From an uncultured Mailhella sp. (GTDB taxonomy: Bacteria; Desulfobacterota; Desulfovibrionia; Desulfovibrionales; Desulfovibrionaceae), in the NCBI RefSeq assembly GCF_905187505.1, contig NZ_CAJJIC010000001.1, positions 24,264-88,263 on the forward strand: a stretch of DNA of 64,000 bases. The letters are read 5' to 3'. Position 1 is the stretch's first letter; each line of letters opens with the position of its first letter. Position numbers and translations under genes: made by a program. The notes under the pieces were generated by a model, which saw nothing but the letters and a program-made list of their open reading frames with translations, searched no databases and was not told the origin of the DNA. Positions 36,658-44,971 of the stretch are shown piece after piece.

Positions 36658-39174
36658 ATGGACACGTCATCCGCTTCCGTCAGCTACAGTCCCCAGGAAC
36701 AGGCCATAGCCTCAGGCAGCTATGTAGGCAACGAAAAGAATTCTCCGTGTCATTCGCGCTTCCAGAAGATCTTCAAGCGCTGCTTTGCCAACATGGTGCC
36801 CTATGTGGACGTGAACCGGGCAAAATACTTCACCGAATCCATGAAGGAAACGGAAGGAGAGCCTCTTGTTCTGCGCTACGCCCTTGCCATGAAGCATCTT
36901 GCGGAAAACCTGCCCGTGTACATCGAGGAAGACCAGCTTCTTGTCGGCCGCGTCGGCACCGACAAGGGACGCTACGGGCTTCTGTACCCCGAAATCATAG
37001 GCGACATCATGGGAGAAGGGCTGGAAGCCGCCCGCAAGAATCTGAGCTCTCCGCTGCACATCGACGATGACGATCTCTGCTTCGTCAAGGAAGAACTCGT
37101 ACCCTACTGGAAGGACAGAGCCTTCCATAAAAAGCTCATCCAGTCCATTCCGAAGGAACTCAGAAAGTTCACCTATGCCACGCCTGACGGCAGCGTGCCC
37201 CGTCCCTACGTGGGAGAACAGGCATCCATGAACGGCTGCCTCCAGTGGGTGCCCGACTACGAAAAGATCATCCGCAGGGGGGCTGCCGCCATACGCAGAG
37301 AAGCGGAGGAACGTCTGGCCCTTCTGGACAGAAACAATGCGAAGGAACTGTGGGAAAAGGAATTTTTCCTCAAGGCCATGATGACCATATGCGATGCGCT
37401 TGTGACCTGGGCGAAACGTCATGCCCGTGCCGCCCGCAGTCTGGCCGCATCGGAACAGGATCCCGTCCGTCGCGCCGAACTTGAGAACATTGCTGAAAAC
37501 TGCGAAAGAGTTCCCGAATATCCGGCAGAAACGTTCCATCAGGCCATGCAGTCCATGTGGTTTGTCCAGAGCATGATCAGACTGGAGCGCTGCGTAGGCT
37601 TCATGCTCGGCAACGGCCGCATGGATCAGTACCTCTACCCCTACTACAAGGCCGACGTGGAAGCCGGACGTCTGACCGATGACCAGGTGCTGGAACTTCT
37701 GGACTGTCTGTGGCTCCAGGAAGCGCAGTTTCTCAACCTGCCCGTTTCCGCCCAGTCCGCCACTCAGCACGAAGGCTACGCCCACTGGGAAGCCGCAACC
37801 GTGGGAGGCCAGACCCGCGACGGAGAGGATGCCACCAACGAACTGAGCTACCTCATACTCCGCTCGCGCAGGGAATGCCCGCTGCAGCAGCCCGACCTGG
37901 CAGCCCGCATACACGCCCGCTCTCCCGAAGCCTTCCTCTGGGCCGTCGCGGAAACGGTCAAGGTCGGCCAGGGCTTTCCCAAGCTGTACAACGACGAGGA
38001 AATCATTCCCCTGCATCTGGCCAAGGGCGCGCCGCTGCTCGACATCATGGACTACTGTGCTTCCGGCTGCACGGAAATCCGCATGCCCAACGTGGATTCG
38101 TACACGAGCCCATGCACACAGACCAACTGCACGGCCGCGGTGGAAACCACGCTGTTCAACGGCCGACTGAAAAGCTGCGGCGAAGAGCTTTTCTCTCTGG
38201 AAACGGGGGATCCCTGCGGATTCTGCAGCTGGGAGGAGTTCTGGAATGCATTCAAAAAGCAGATTCAGTTCATGATGCGCTACGCCCTTTTCCTGCAGTA
38301 CCAGATTCAGGAGCAGCGCGGTCAGAGCTATGCCGCTCCCATGGAGGACGCGCTTCATGACAAGGCCTTCGCCGCCTGCATGGATCTCGACACCCCCCGC
38401 AGCATTCCCGGCACGCTCGATCTGGGCTTCGTGGAATGCATAGGCTTTGCCACCGCCGTGGATTCTCTTGCGGCCGTCAAGCAGTTTGTCTTCGACGAGA
38501 AGGTTTTCACCATGCGTGAGCTGCTGGATGCTCTGGAATGCAACTTTGAAGGCAAGGAACACATCCGGCGCATTCTTCGTTCCGGCCACTGCTACGGCAA
38601 CAACGATCCCTACGCCGACAGCATAGGACGCGACATCGAAGCGGCATGTCAGGAAGTTCTTACCCAGAACTTCAAAAATACCGGCGTGCATCTGGATCTG
38701 CGCATGGTAAGCATTACGGCCAACATTCCCTTCGGCCGCATACTGGCGGCCTCTCCCAACGGACGTCTTGCCGGCATGCCCGTGTCCGACGGCTCATCGG
38801 CCTCTCAGGGCATGGACGTCAGCGGTCCCACGGCGGTGCTGCTGTCCAACTTCCACAGCAAGAACTGGGCCTCCACGTCGCGCGCGGCAAGACTGCTCAA
38901 CATCAAGTTCACGCCCGGCGCCGTGGCCGGCGACGAGGGAACCCGCAGGCTCATAGGCTTCTTCCGGGCCTTCTGCGATCTCAAGCTCTGGCATGTGCAG
39001 TTCAACGTCATCAATCAGAAGACCCTGCTGGCCGCCCAAAAGGATCCCCAGAAGTACCGCAACCTCATGGTGCGCGTGGCAGGATACAGCGCCTACTTCG
39101 TGGAGCTTTCCACCGCGCTGCAGAACGACATCATTTCCCGCAACGCCCATGACGACTTCGGAGCCGGACGATGA
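36658..39174 (+). CDS. Glycyl radical enzyme (PFL2/glycerol-dehydratase-like eliminase class), substrate unknown
   Basis: 838 aa from the ATG at 36658. C-terminal glycyl radical motif MVRVAGYSAYFVEL (Gly codon 39082-39084, residue 809). Thiyl loop YCASGCTEIRMP with Cys471-x-Glu473 (TGC at 38068-38070). Confidence 0.92.
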   Translation: MDTSSASVSYSPQEQAIASGSYVGNEKNSPCHSRFQKIFKRCFANMVPYVDVNRAKYFTESMKETEGEPLVLRYALAMKHLAENLPVYIEEDQLLVGRVGTDKGRYGLLYPEIIGDIMGEGLEAARKNLSSPLHIDDDDLCFVKEELVPYWKDRAFHKKLIQSIPKELRKFTYATPDGSVPRPYVGEQASMNGCLQWVPDYEKIIRRGAAAIRREAEERLALLDRNNAKELWEKEFFLKAMMTICDALVTWAKRHARAARSLAASEQDPVRRAELENIAENCERVPEYPAETFHQAMQSMWFVQSMIRLERCVGFMLGNGRMDQYLYPYYKADVEAGRLTDDQVLELLDCLWLQEAQFLNLPVSAQSATQHEGYAHWEAATVGGQTRDGEDATNELSYLILRSRRECPLQQPDLAARIHARSPEAFLWAVAETVKVGQGFPKLYNDEEIIPLHLAKGAPLLDIMDYCASGCTEIRMPNVDSYTSPCTQTNCTAAVETTLFNGRLKSCGEELFSLETGDPCGFCSWEEFWNAFKKQIQFMMRYALFLQYQIQEQRGQSYAAPMEDALHDKAFAACMDLDTPRSIPGTLDLGFVECIGFATAVDSLAAVKQFVFDEKVFTMRELLDALECNFEGKEHIRRILRSGHCYGNNDPYADSIGRDIEAACQEVLTQNFKNTGVHLDLRMVSITANIPFGRILAASPNGRLAGMPVSDGSSASQGMDVSGPTAVLLSNFHSKNWASTSRAARLLNIKFTPGAVAGDEGTRRLIGFFRAFCDLKLWHVQFNVINQKTLLAAQKDPQKYRNLMVRVAGYSAYFVELSTALQNDIISRNAHDDFGAGR

Positions 39175-40079
39175 CCGACGAAAAGACGAGCGGGATCATC
39201 TTCAACGTACAGAAGTTCTCCGTCCATGACGGCGAGGGGATAAGAACGCTCGTCTTTTTCAAGGGGTGTCCGCTCAGGTGCCGCTGGTGCAGCAATCCCG
39301 AATCCCAGAGCAGCCTGATGGAGCTTTCCTGGACCGAACAGGACTGCCTGCACTGCGGAACCTGCAGCAGGGTATGCTCCCGGGGAGCCGTCCGTCCTGC
39401 TGATGACGGCTCCCCCGTGGTGGACCGGAAGACGTGCCGCCCGGAACCGTCATGCCTGTGCACCCGGGCCTGTCCCGGAGGTGCGCTCGGCATCTACGGC
39501 AAAACCGTGACCGCCGGAGAAGTGCTTCACCGGATTCTCGAGGACCAGATTTTCTATGTACGCTCGGGAGGCGGCATGACGCTGGGCGGCGGCGAACCGC
39601 TGCATCAGCCGGAGTTCGCCCTTGCGGTTCTCCGTCTGGCCGGACAGGCGAGAATACGCACCAACATCGAAACCTGCGGTCATGTTTCCACCGAAGTCAT
39701 GCTGGCGGCAGCCGGTCTGCTCGACTCCATGTTCATGGACATAAAATGCCTGGATTCGGCAAGGCACAGGCAGTGGACGGGAACCGGCAACGAGCTGATT
39801 CTGAAAAACTTCGTCCGTGTGCGCGAGGCCTTTCCCCGCCTGCCGATGACCATACGCACACCTGTCATTCCCGGATTCAACGACAACGCGCGCGACATAG
39901 AAGACATCGCCCGCTTCGTCAAAAGGTTCGACAACGTGCGCTACGAGCTTCTGCCCTATCACCGGTACGGGGAGCAGAAATACCGCATGCTCGGACGCAT
40001 TCCCGGCATGGGCGAGGCAACCCTGTCGGATGAGAGGTTCCGGGAGCTGCGGGACCTGGCCGAACACCTTCCTCTGTAA
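39171..40079 (+). CDS. Glycyl radical enzyme activating enzyme (radical SAM)
   Basis: FKGCPLRCRWCSNPES (CX3CX2C) plus a ferredoxin-like insert with CLHCGTCSRVC and C..SCLCTRACP. The ATGA overlaps the GRE stop. Confidence 0.92.
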   Translation: MTDEKTSGIIFNVQKFSVHDGEGIRTLVFFKGCPLRCRWCSNPESQSSLMELSWTEQDCLHCGTCSRVCSRGAVRPADDGSPVVDRKTCRPEPSCLCTRACPGGALGIYGKTVTAGEVLHRILEDQIFYVRSGGGMTLGGGEPLHQPEFALAVLRLAGQARIRTNIETCGHVSTEVMLAAAGLLDSMFMDIKCLDSARHRQWTGTGNELILKNFVRVREAFPRLPMTIRTPVIPGFNDNARDIEDIARFVKRFDNVRYELLPYHRYGEQKYRMLGRIPGMGEATLSDERFRELRDLAEHLPL

Positions 40080-40107
40080 CGACAATCAGCATCCGCGAGG
40101 AAACCTC

Positions 40108-40713
40108 ATGTATGTGGTAGCATTCAACGGCAGTCCGAGAAAGACCGGCAACACGTCCATGCTGTTGCGCCGCTGTCTGGACATTCTGGAAAAAGAAGGC
40201 ATGGAAACAAGACTCATTCAGGTGGGCGGGACCGGCATTCACGGATGCCGTGCCTGCATGGCATACAGAAAAAACAATCTGGAACGCTGCGTCTTCAATG
40301 ACGACCCGCTCAATGAATGGCTGGAAGAAATGAAAAGGGCCGACGGCATACTTCTCGGCTCTCCCACGTATTTCTGGTCGCTCACGCCGGAAATGAAGGC
40401 CCTCATCGACCGAGCCGGCTTCATTGCCCGCGGAGCCCTGCGCCGCGGCGACGCGCGCTGTCTTTTCAGCGACAAGGTGGGCGCGGCGATTTCCGCCTAT
40501 TATCGTTCCGGCTCCATCCACACCATTCAGGCCATGCAGGCCTTCTTCCTGACCACGGGCATGATCGTGCCCGGCAGCGTGTACTGGCCGCAGGCCATGG
40601 ACGCCTCAAACGGCGCCATGCCTCACGGCGCGGACAAGGATGCCGACGGACTGCACTATGTGGACGAGCTCGGAAACGCTCTGGTCCGCCTTCTGAAAAA
40701 GCTTTGCGGCTGA
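40108..40713 (+). CDS. Flavodoxin-fold NAD(P)H-dependent FMN reductase-family protein (iron-sulfur-flavoprotein-like)
   Basis: VVAFNGSPRKTGNTS, ILLGSPTYFWSLT, and a partial Cys cluster GCRACMAYRKNNLERC. GAGG lies before the ATG at 40108. Confidence 0.75.
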   Translation: MYVVAFNGSPRKTGNTSMLLRRCLDILEKEGMETRLIQVGGTGIHGCRACMAYRKNNLERCVFNDDPLNEWLEEMKRADGILLGSPTYFWSLTPEMKALIDRAGFIARGALRRGDARCLFSDKVGAAISAYYRSGSIHTIQAMQAFFLTTGMIVPGSVYWPQAMDASNGAMPHGADKDADGLHYVDELGNALVRLLKKLCG

Positions 40714-42150
40714 ATGGAGACCGCCATGAATAAAAACCTTTCCTATGCCCTTCACAGCGCCGCCGTACTGGCGTTCATGTTTCTTTTTCAGTTCCTGCCT
40801 CCCGTAGCTCCGCTCACGAGCGTCAGCATGCAGGTCATCGGCGTCTTCATCGGCGTCATCTACGGCTGGGTCAACGTCGGCCTGGCGTGGCCCTCTCTGC
40901 TCGGCGTGGTGGCTCTGGGCTGCACGGACTATATGCCCATGACCACCGTGCTGCAGACGGCCTTCGGCACGCAGACGCTGGTCATGATACTCTCCCTGCT
41001 TCTTCTGGCAGCCTTCGTTCAGCAGGCCGATCTTACGGGAGTCATCCTCGACTGGCTGCTCGGCATGAAAAGCGCGCGCGGCAAGCCCTTTCTCACGCTG
41101 TTCTATTTTCTCATGGCCGGATTCCTTGCCGCACTTCTTTCCCAGAGCATCGCCGTCTTCGTCATCTTCCTCGAACTGTTCAAGGACCTCATGAAAAAAA
41201 CGGGAATAAAGCCATACTCTTCCGCCGTTCCCGCCTTTTTCGTAGGCATGGGCTTCTCCCTGTCCTTCGGGGACTCCGCCCTGCCCTTCAAAGGCAGCGG
41301 CATTGTGGCCATAGGCGCCTATCAGGCCATCACCGGCGAAAGCATGAATCTGGTGCACTTCGTCCTGTTCTGCATGCCCCTGAGCGTGCTCGGCATTGCT
41401 GCCTACGTGCTTTTCTGCAAATACTGCATGAAGGTCGACCTCTCGCCGCTCAAAAACTACGTTCACGTCAAGGAGAACGTCACTCTTTCCCTGAAAAAGA
41501 AAGTCGCCCTCGTCGGCGTGGTGGGCACGCTGCTCTTCCTGCTGCTGCCCGGCGTCGTTCCGCCCTCCTCTTCGCTGCACGACGTATTCGGCATACTCGG
41601 ACTCGGCGGGCTCTCCCTGCTGCTGCTTGCCGTGCTCTTCATCATCCGTGTGGAAGGCGAACCGCTCATCGACGTGGGCAAGATCGCTCCGTTCTTTCCC
41701 TGGAACGTGTTTTTCATTCTGGTGGTGCTGTTCCCGCTGGCCAACGCCATCTCCTCCGACGTCGTCGGCCTCAACGCCATCATTTCCTCCGGCGTTTCCG
41801 CGCTGCTGAACAACATGCCCACGGCTCTCATCATGGCCACGGTCATCTTTCTTGCCGCCTACATCACCAACTTTGCCAACAACATGGTCATATGCGCGCT
41901 GTTCGTGACCATTGTCTGCTTCATCAGAGACAGCCTTCCCATTCATCCGGAAATTCTGTCCTACCTTGTGGTGCTGAGCAGCAGCCTTTCCATGTTCTTC
42001 CCCGCGGCCAATCCCATCAACGCCATCATCTTCGGACAGCGGGACTGCGTTTCCTTCCGTCAGGAATTCACGCACGGCTTCATCTGCTGTTCGTTCCTGT
42101 GCTGCGTGCTTCTGGTTTCCGGTTATGTCTGGAGCCGCATCGTTTTCTGA
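40714..42150 (+). CDS. Polytopic permease, ion-transporter-superfamily (SLC13/DASS-like) by eye
   Basis: 478 aa and highly hydrophobic, with two-repeat architecture and hairpin-like LSQSIAVFV / ANNMVICALF segments where DASS carriers have SNT-type motifs. The start immediately follows the upstream stop. Confidence 0.6.
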   Translation: METAMNKNLSYALHSAAVLAFMFLFQFLPPVAPLTSVSMQVIGVFIGVIYGWVNVGLAWPSLLGVVALGCTDYMPMTTVLQTAFGTQTLVMILSLLLLAAFVQQADLTGVILDWLLGMKSARGKPFLTLFYFLMAGFLAALLSQSIAVFVIFLELFKDLMKKTGIKPYSSAVPAFFVGMGFSLSFGDSALPFKGSGIVAIGAYQAITGESMNLVHFVLFCMPLSVLGIAAYVLFCKYCMKVDLSPLKNYVHVKENVTLSLKKKVALVGVVGTLLFLLLPGVVPPSSSLHDVFGILGLGGLSLLLLAVLFIIRVEGEPLIDVGKIAPFFPWNVFFILVVLFPLANAISSDVVGLNAIISSGVSALLNNMPTALIMATVIFLAAYITNFANNMVICALFVTIVCFIRDSLPIHPEILSYLVVLSSSLSMFFPAANPINAIIFGQRDCVSFRQEFTHGFICCSFLCCVLLVSGYVWSRIVF

Positions 42151-42180
42151 TCCGCTCTCACTTTTTCATAAGGACATCAC

Positions 42181-43038
42181 ATGAACATCTTTGATTTTCG
42201 CCTGCGTCCTCCCTACCGGAGCTTCACCCGGCTGGGCATATATTCCCCCGTCTGCAATGAAACCGCTCCCCAGAAGCATCACGGCATCCCCAGCCGGGCC
42301 GCCGGAGAAAAATCCATGGAGCTCTTCTGGAAGGAAATGGCTTCGGCCGGCATCAGGAAGGGCGTGGCCATAGGCCGTCAGGTGCCCGACGATACCGCCT
42401 CGGTCTCCAACGACGACATACACGCCCTCGCCATGGAATACCCCGACAAGATCATTCCCTTCGGCAGTCTCGACGTATCCCGAGGCATAGCGGCAACCAT
42501 GGACGAACTGGAGCGCTGCATGGAGCTCGGCTTCCGGGGATTTGCCATGGAACCCGCCTACTGCATGCCTCCGCGCCATGCGGACGCCAACGTGCTCTAT
42601 CCCATCTACGCCCGCTGCGAAAAGGCACACCTTCCCGTCGTGCTCACCATGAGCTTCTTTCAGGGGAATCTCGACTTCTCCGATCCCACGGCCGTGCAGC
42701 ACGTGGCAAACGATTTTCCCGAGCTCCAGATCGTACTGGCCCACGGCTGCTATCCCTGGATTCCCCATGTCTTCAACGTCTGTCTGGTCTGTCCCAATGT
42801 CTGGCTGCTCCCTGACCTTTACATGCTGAACCCGGACACGCCCGGCAACGGTATGTACGGCGAAGCCATGCGCTGGCTTGACGGAGAAAGAATACTGTTC
42901 GGTTCCGCCTATCCCTGCTACAACATGGAACAGGCCGTCCGTGACGTGGACCGATTCGGCTTTTCGGAAGAACACAAGGAAAAATTCTTCCACGGCAACG
43001 CGGAAAAGCTGCTGGGCGCCGATCTTGTGAACGGCTAG
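42181..43038 (+). CDS. Amidohydrolase_2-fold (COG2159-like) protein with non-canonical metal-ligand positions
   Basis: Overall pattern IFDFRLRP...VLAHGCYPW...ERILFGSAYP resembles the iDxHxH...aHxG.pw...lfGSDyP layout of the ACMSD/LigI family, but with R-x-R in place of H-x-H and Ala in place of the terminal Asp. Confidence 0.7.
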   Translation: MNIFDFRLRPPYRSFTRLGIYSPVCNETAPQKHHGIPSRAAGEKSMELFWKEMASAGIRKGVAIGRQVPDDTASVSNDDIHALAMEYPDKIIPFGSLDVSRGIAATMDELERCMELGFRGFAMEPAYCMPPRHADANVLYPIYARCEKAHLPVVLTMSFFQGNLDFSDPTAVQHVANDFPELQIVLAHGCYPWIPHVFNVCLVCPNVWLLPDLYMLNPDTPGNGMYGEAMRWLDGERILFGSAYPCYNMEQAVRDVDRFGFSEEHKEKFFHGNAEKLLGADLVNG

Positions 43039-43107
43039 CATCCATTATCGGATCTGTGCCTTTCGAGGCGCATCTTCGGATCGCCGGCTTTTCGTCCGGC
43101 AGGCAAA

Positions 43108-43143
43108 GGCGACACGGGCTTCCCCTGGCCCGCGTCGCCTTTT
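43108..43143 (+). terminator. Rho-independent terminator of the GRE operon
   Basis: GGCGACACGGGC / GCCCGCGTCGCC 12-bp stem (one mismatch), 8-nt loop, followed by TTTTGCG. Confidence 0.7.
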
Positions 43144-43256
43144 GCGTCATGCCGGACCTCCGGCCCGGCAAGCGGAAGAAAGCGGACGTTGCCTTCCTTC
43201 CCGGGACGGGCTAGGGTGGAGGAAAGCGCACGGCCCATTGCCCGCCGAAGGAGGAT

Positions 43257-43565
43257 ATGTTCTTGCTTTACCCCATGTTCATACAGCGTCGGCTTTTCGG
43301 AGGGCTTGCCGGAGAACTGCCCGATTTTCCCGGCTGCGTTCCCGAGGGAGATACCATGGATGAACTCATGGAAAACGTGCAGGAGGCCGCAGGTCTCTGG
43401 ATGGAAGAGCAGAACATGACGATGCTGCCCGAACCTTCCTGTCCCGGGGAAGACGCCGACGGCTGCCCGCCTCTTCTCGTGGAAATAACGTTTCCGTCTC
43501 AGCACCGCCCGGGCGACAAACGCCCTGCGCCCTCCCCGGAAAACGGCGCTTCCTGCTCGTTGTGA
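43257..43565 (+). CDS. HicB-like antitoxin-family protein (orphan, possibly degenerate)
   Basis: YPMFIQRRLFGGLAGELPDFPGCVPEGDTMDELMENVQEAAGLWMEE...LPEPS matches the HicB/UPF0150 core (vPdlPGC..qGdT.eEa..n..eAi). The C-terminus is low-complexity. The AAGGAGG sits only 2 nt from the ATG, so TTG at 43263 is an alternative start. Confidence 0.45.
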   Translation: MFLLYPMFIQRRLFGGLAGELPDFPGCVPEGDTMDELMENVQEAAGLWMEEQNMTMLPEPSCPGEDADGCPPLLVEITFPSQHRPGDKRPAPSPENGASCSL

Positions 43566-43665
43566 ACGCCCGCAGCTTTTCCGGCGCGAAGTCTCTGTCT
43601 CTTTCCTCATGCTGCCGTGCTTCTCACAAGTCCTTGCGGCATGACGGTTCCAGCAGGCACGGTTC

Positions 43666-44682
43666 ATGAAATTCATCCATCTTTCCCACGGCTCTCTCGA
43701 CTGGGCCCCTGAGCTCATCGTCCGCTGGACGGACGCGGCCGCCCGTTCCGGCAGACCGGATCCCTTCAGCTGCACCCCGGCATGGCAGCTTGCCTTTCAC
43801 GACGCCTTCGCACCGTCAAGAAGGCTGTTCATCCAAGAGAAGGGAAAAAACGTTATCGCCTTTGCCGAGCTTGCTCTTCTGTCCGGTCAGATCATTCTCG
43901 TGCCCGTAGAATCGCACTGGATTTCGGCAAGTCCCCTGCTGGGGCCGGAAGCCGACGAACTTTTCGCCGAAGCCCTGCCCTTCATCACCCGGGAATGCGG
44001 GGGACACCCGCCCTGCTTTCTTCTCAGCGGCATGGAAAAAAACTGTGAACTCTTCCGCCGCCTCTTTCTCCGCTTCTCCCCGCAGTTCCGATTTCTGAAG
44101 CAGCCCGTCTCTCTTCAGCGCAGCGCCTCGCTGCAGGGAGGAATGGACGGCTATCTTTCCAGACGCTCCGGCAACTTCCGCTCAAAAATGAAAAAAGCCC
44201 GCAGAAGGGCTGCGGACAACGGCGTCGTCTTTGAACGCATCGTGCCTTCCGGCACAGAGGAAGCCGACGCCGTCTATGCGCGCATGGTCTCCGTGGAGGA
44301 AAAGAGCTGGAAGGGAAAAGGCCGCTGCGGCATGACGGAACATCCCTCACTGGAATTCTACCACGCCATGATGCGGCGTCTTGCCGCATATCGGGGCGGG
44401 AGGGTCATGTTCGCCATGCATGAGGGCAAGGACATCGGCTTCATTTTCGGAGGCATGGCCGGTTCCTGCTACCGCGGACAGCAGTTCAGCTATGATGCGG
44501 ACTGGAAGGCCTTTTCCATAGGTGATCTGCTTCAGCTCAACCAGCTTCTCTGGCTGTGCGAGGAGGGAGCCGTCCGTTACGACATGGGCATGAGCGATCA
44601 TCCTTCCATGGCCTACAAGACGCACTGGGCGGAAATGGAACTCTCCCTTCATGCCTGCCTGCTTCTTCCCGTGCGTGTCTGA
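43666..44682 (+). CDS. GNAT-fold acetyltransferase (CelD/BioF2-like, Acetyltransf_6-type)
   Basis: 338 aa. EEKSWKGKG, GKDIGFIFGG and IGDLLQLNQLLWLCEEGAVRYDMG are typical of this family. Confidence 0.7.
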   Translation: MKFIHLSHGSLDWAPELIVRWTDAAARSGRPDPFSCTPAWQLAFHDAFAPSRRLFIQEKGKNVIAFAELALLSGQIILVPVESHWISASPLLGPEADELFAEALPFITRECGGHPPCFLLSGMEKNCELFRRLFLRFSPQFRFLKQPVSLQRSASLQGGMDGYLSRRSGNFRSKMKKARRRAADNGVVFERIVPSGTEEADAVYARMVSVEEKSWKGKGRCGMTEHPSLEFYHAMMRRLAAYRGGRVMFAMHEGKDIGFIFGGMAGSCYRGQQFSYDADWKAFSIGDLLQLNQLLWLCEEGAVRYDMGMSDHPSMAYKTHWAEMELSLHACLLLPVRV

Positions 44683-44971
44683 ACTCGTCCGCCCCTTCTG
44701 GCCGGCCTGCAGCATCAACGCGTTTCTCCTTATTTTTCCCCGGCAGAGGCTCAGACATCATGGCGTTCTTTCTCTTTTTTCTCTACACTCGGCATGAAAA
44801 AGATCCTCTGCCGGAATCGCTCAGGCTGCGCCCGTGAAGCCGCACTCTCCGCAGAGAGCAGAACAGGGCACGAAAACACGTCGATTCCGCCGCAGACCTC
44901 TCTTTCCGTCGCAGGCACAACGCGTCACAAGTACACGGTCCCGGAACTCTCTTTCCTCATGGAGGCTGTCC

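Noticed and set aside
43100-43256. Search for a HicA toxin gene upstream of the HicB-like ORF.
   Set aside because: None of the three plus-strand frames gives a HicA-like sequence: no dsRBD-like GSH...H motif and no intact ORF with an RBS.
43035-43775. 246-aa minus-strand ORF spanning the amidohydrolase-to-GNAT intergenic region.
   Set aside because: Low-complexity translation that overlaps the operon terminator and the HicB-like ORF, with no motif.
34471-44971. Direct repeat of the tRNA-Arg 3' end (att site) or an integrase that would delimit a genomic island.
   Set aside because: By-eye scanning of the intergenic regions at 43.0-43.7 kb and 44.7-45.0 kb found no copy of GTTCGACTCACGCCGGGGACACCA or a large part of it, and no recombinase gene is present. 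The island idea is kept only as a low-interest hypothesis.
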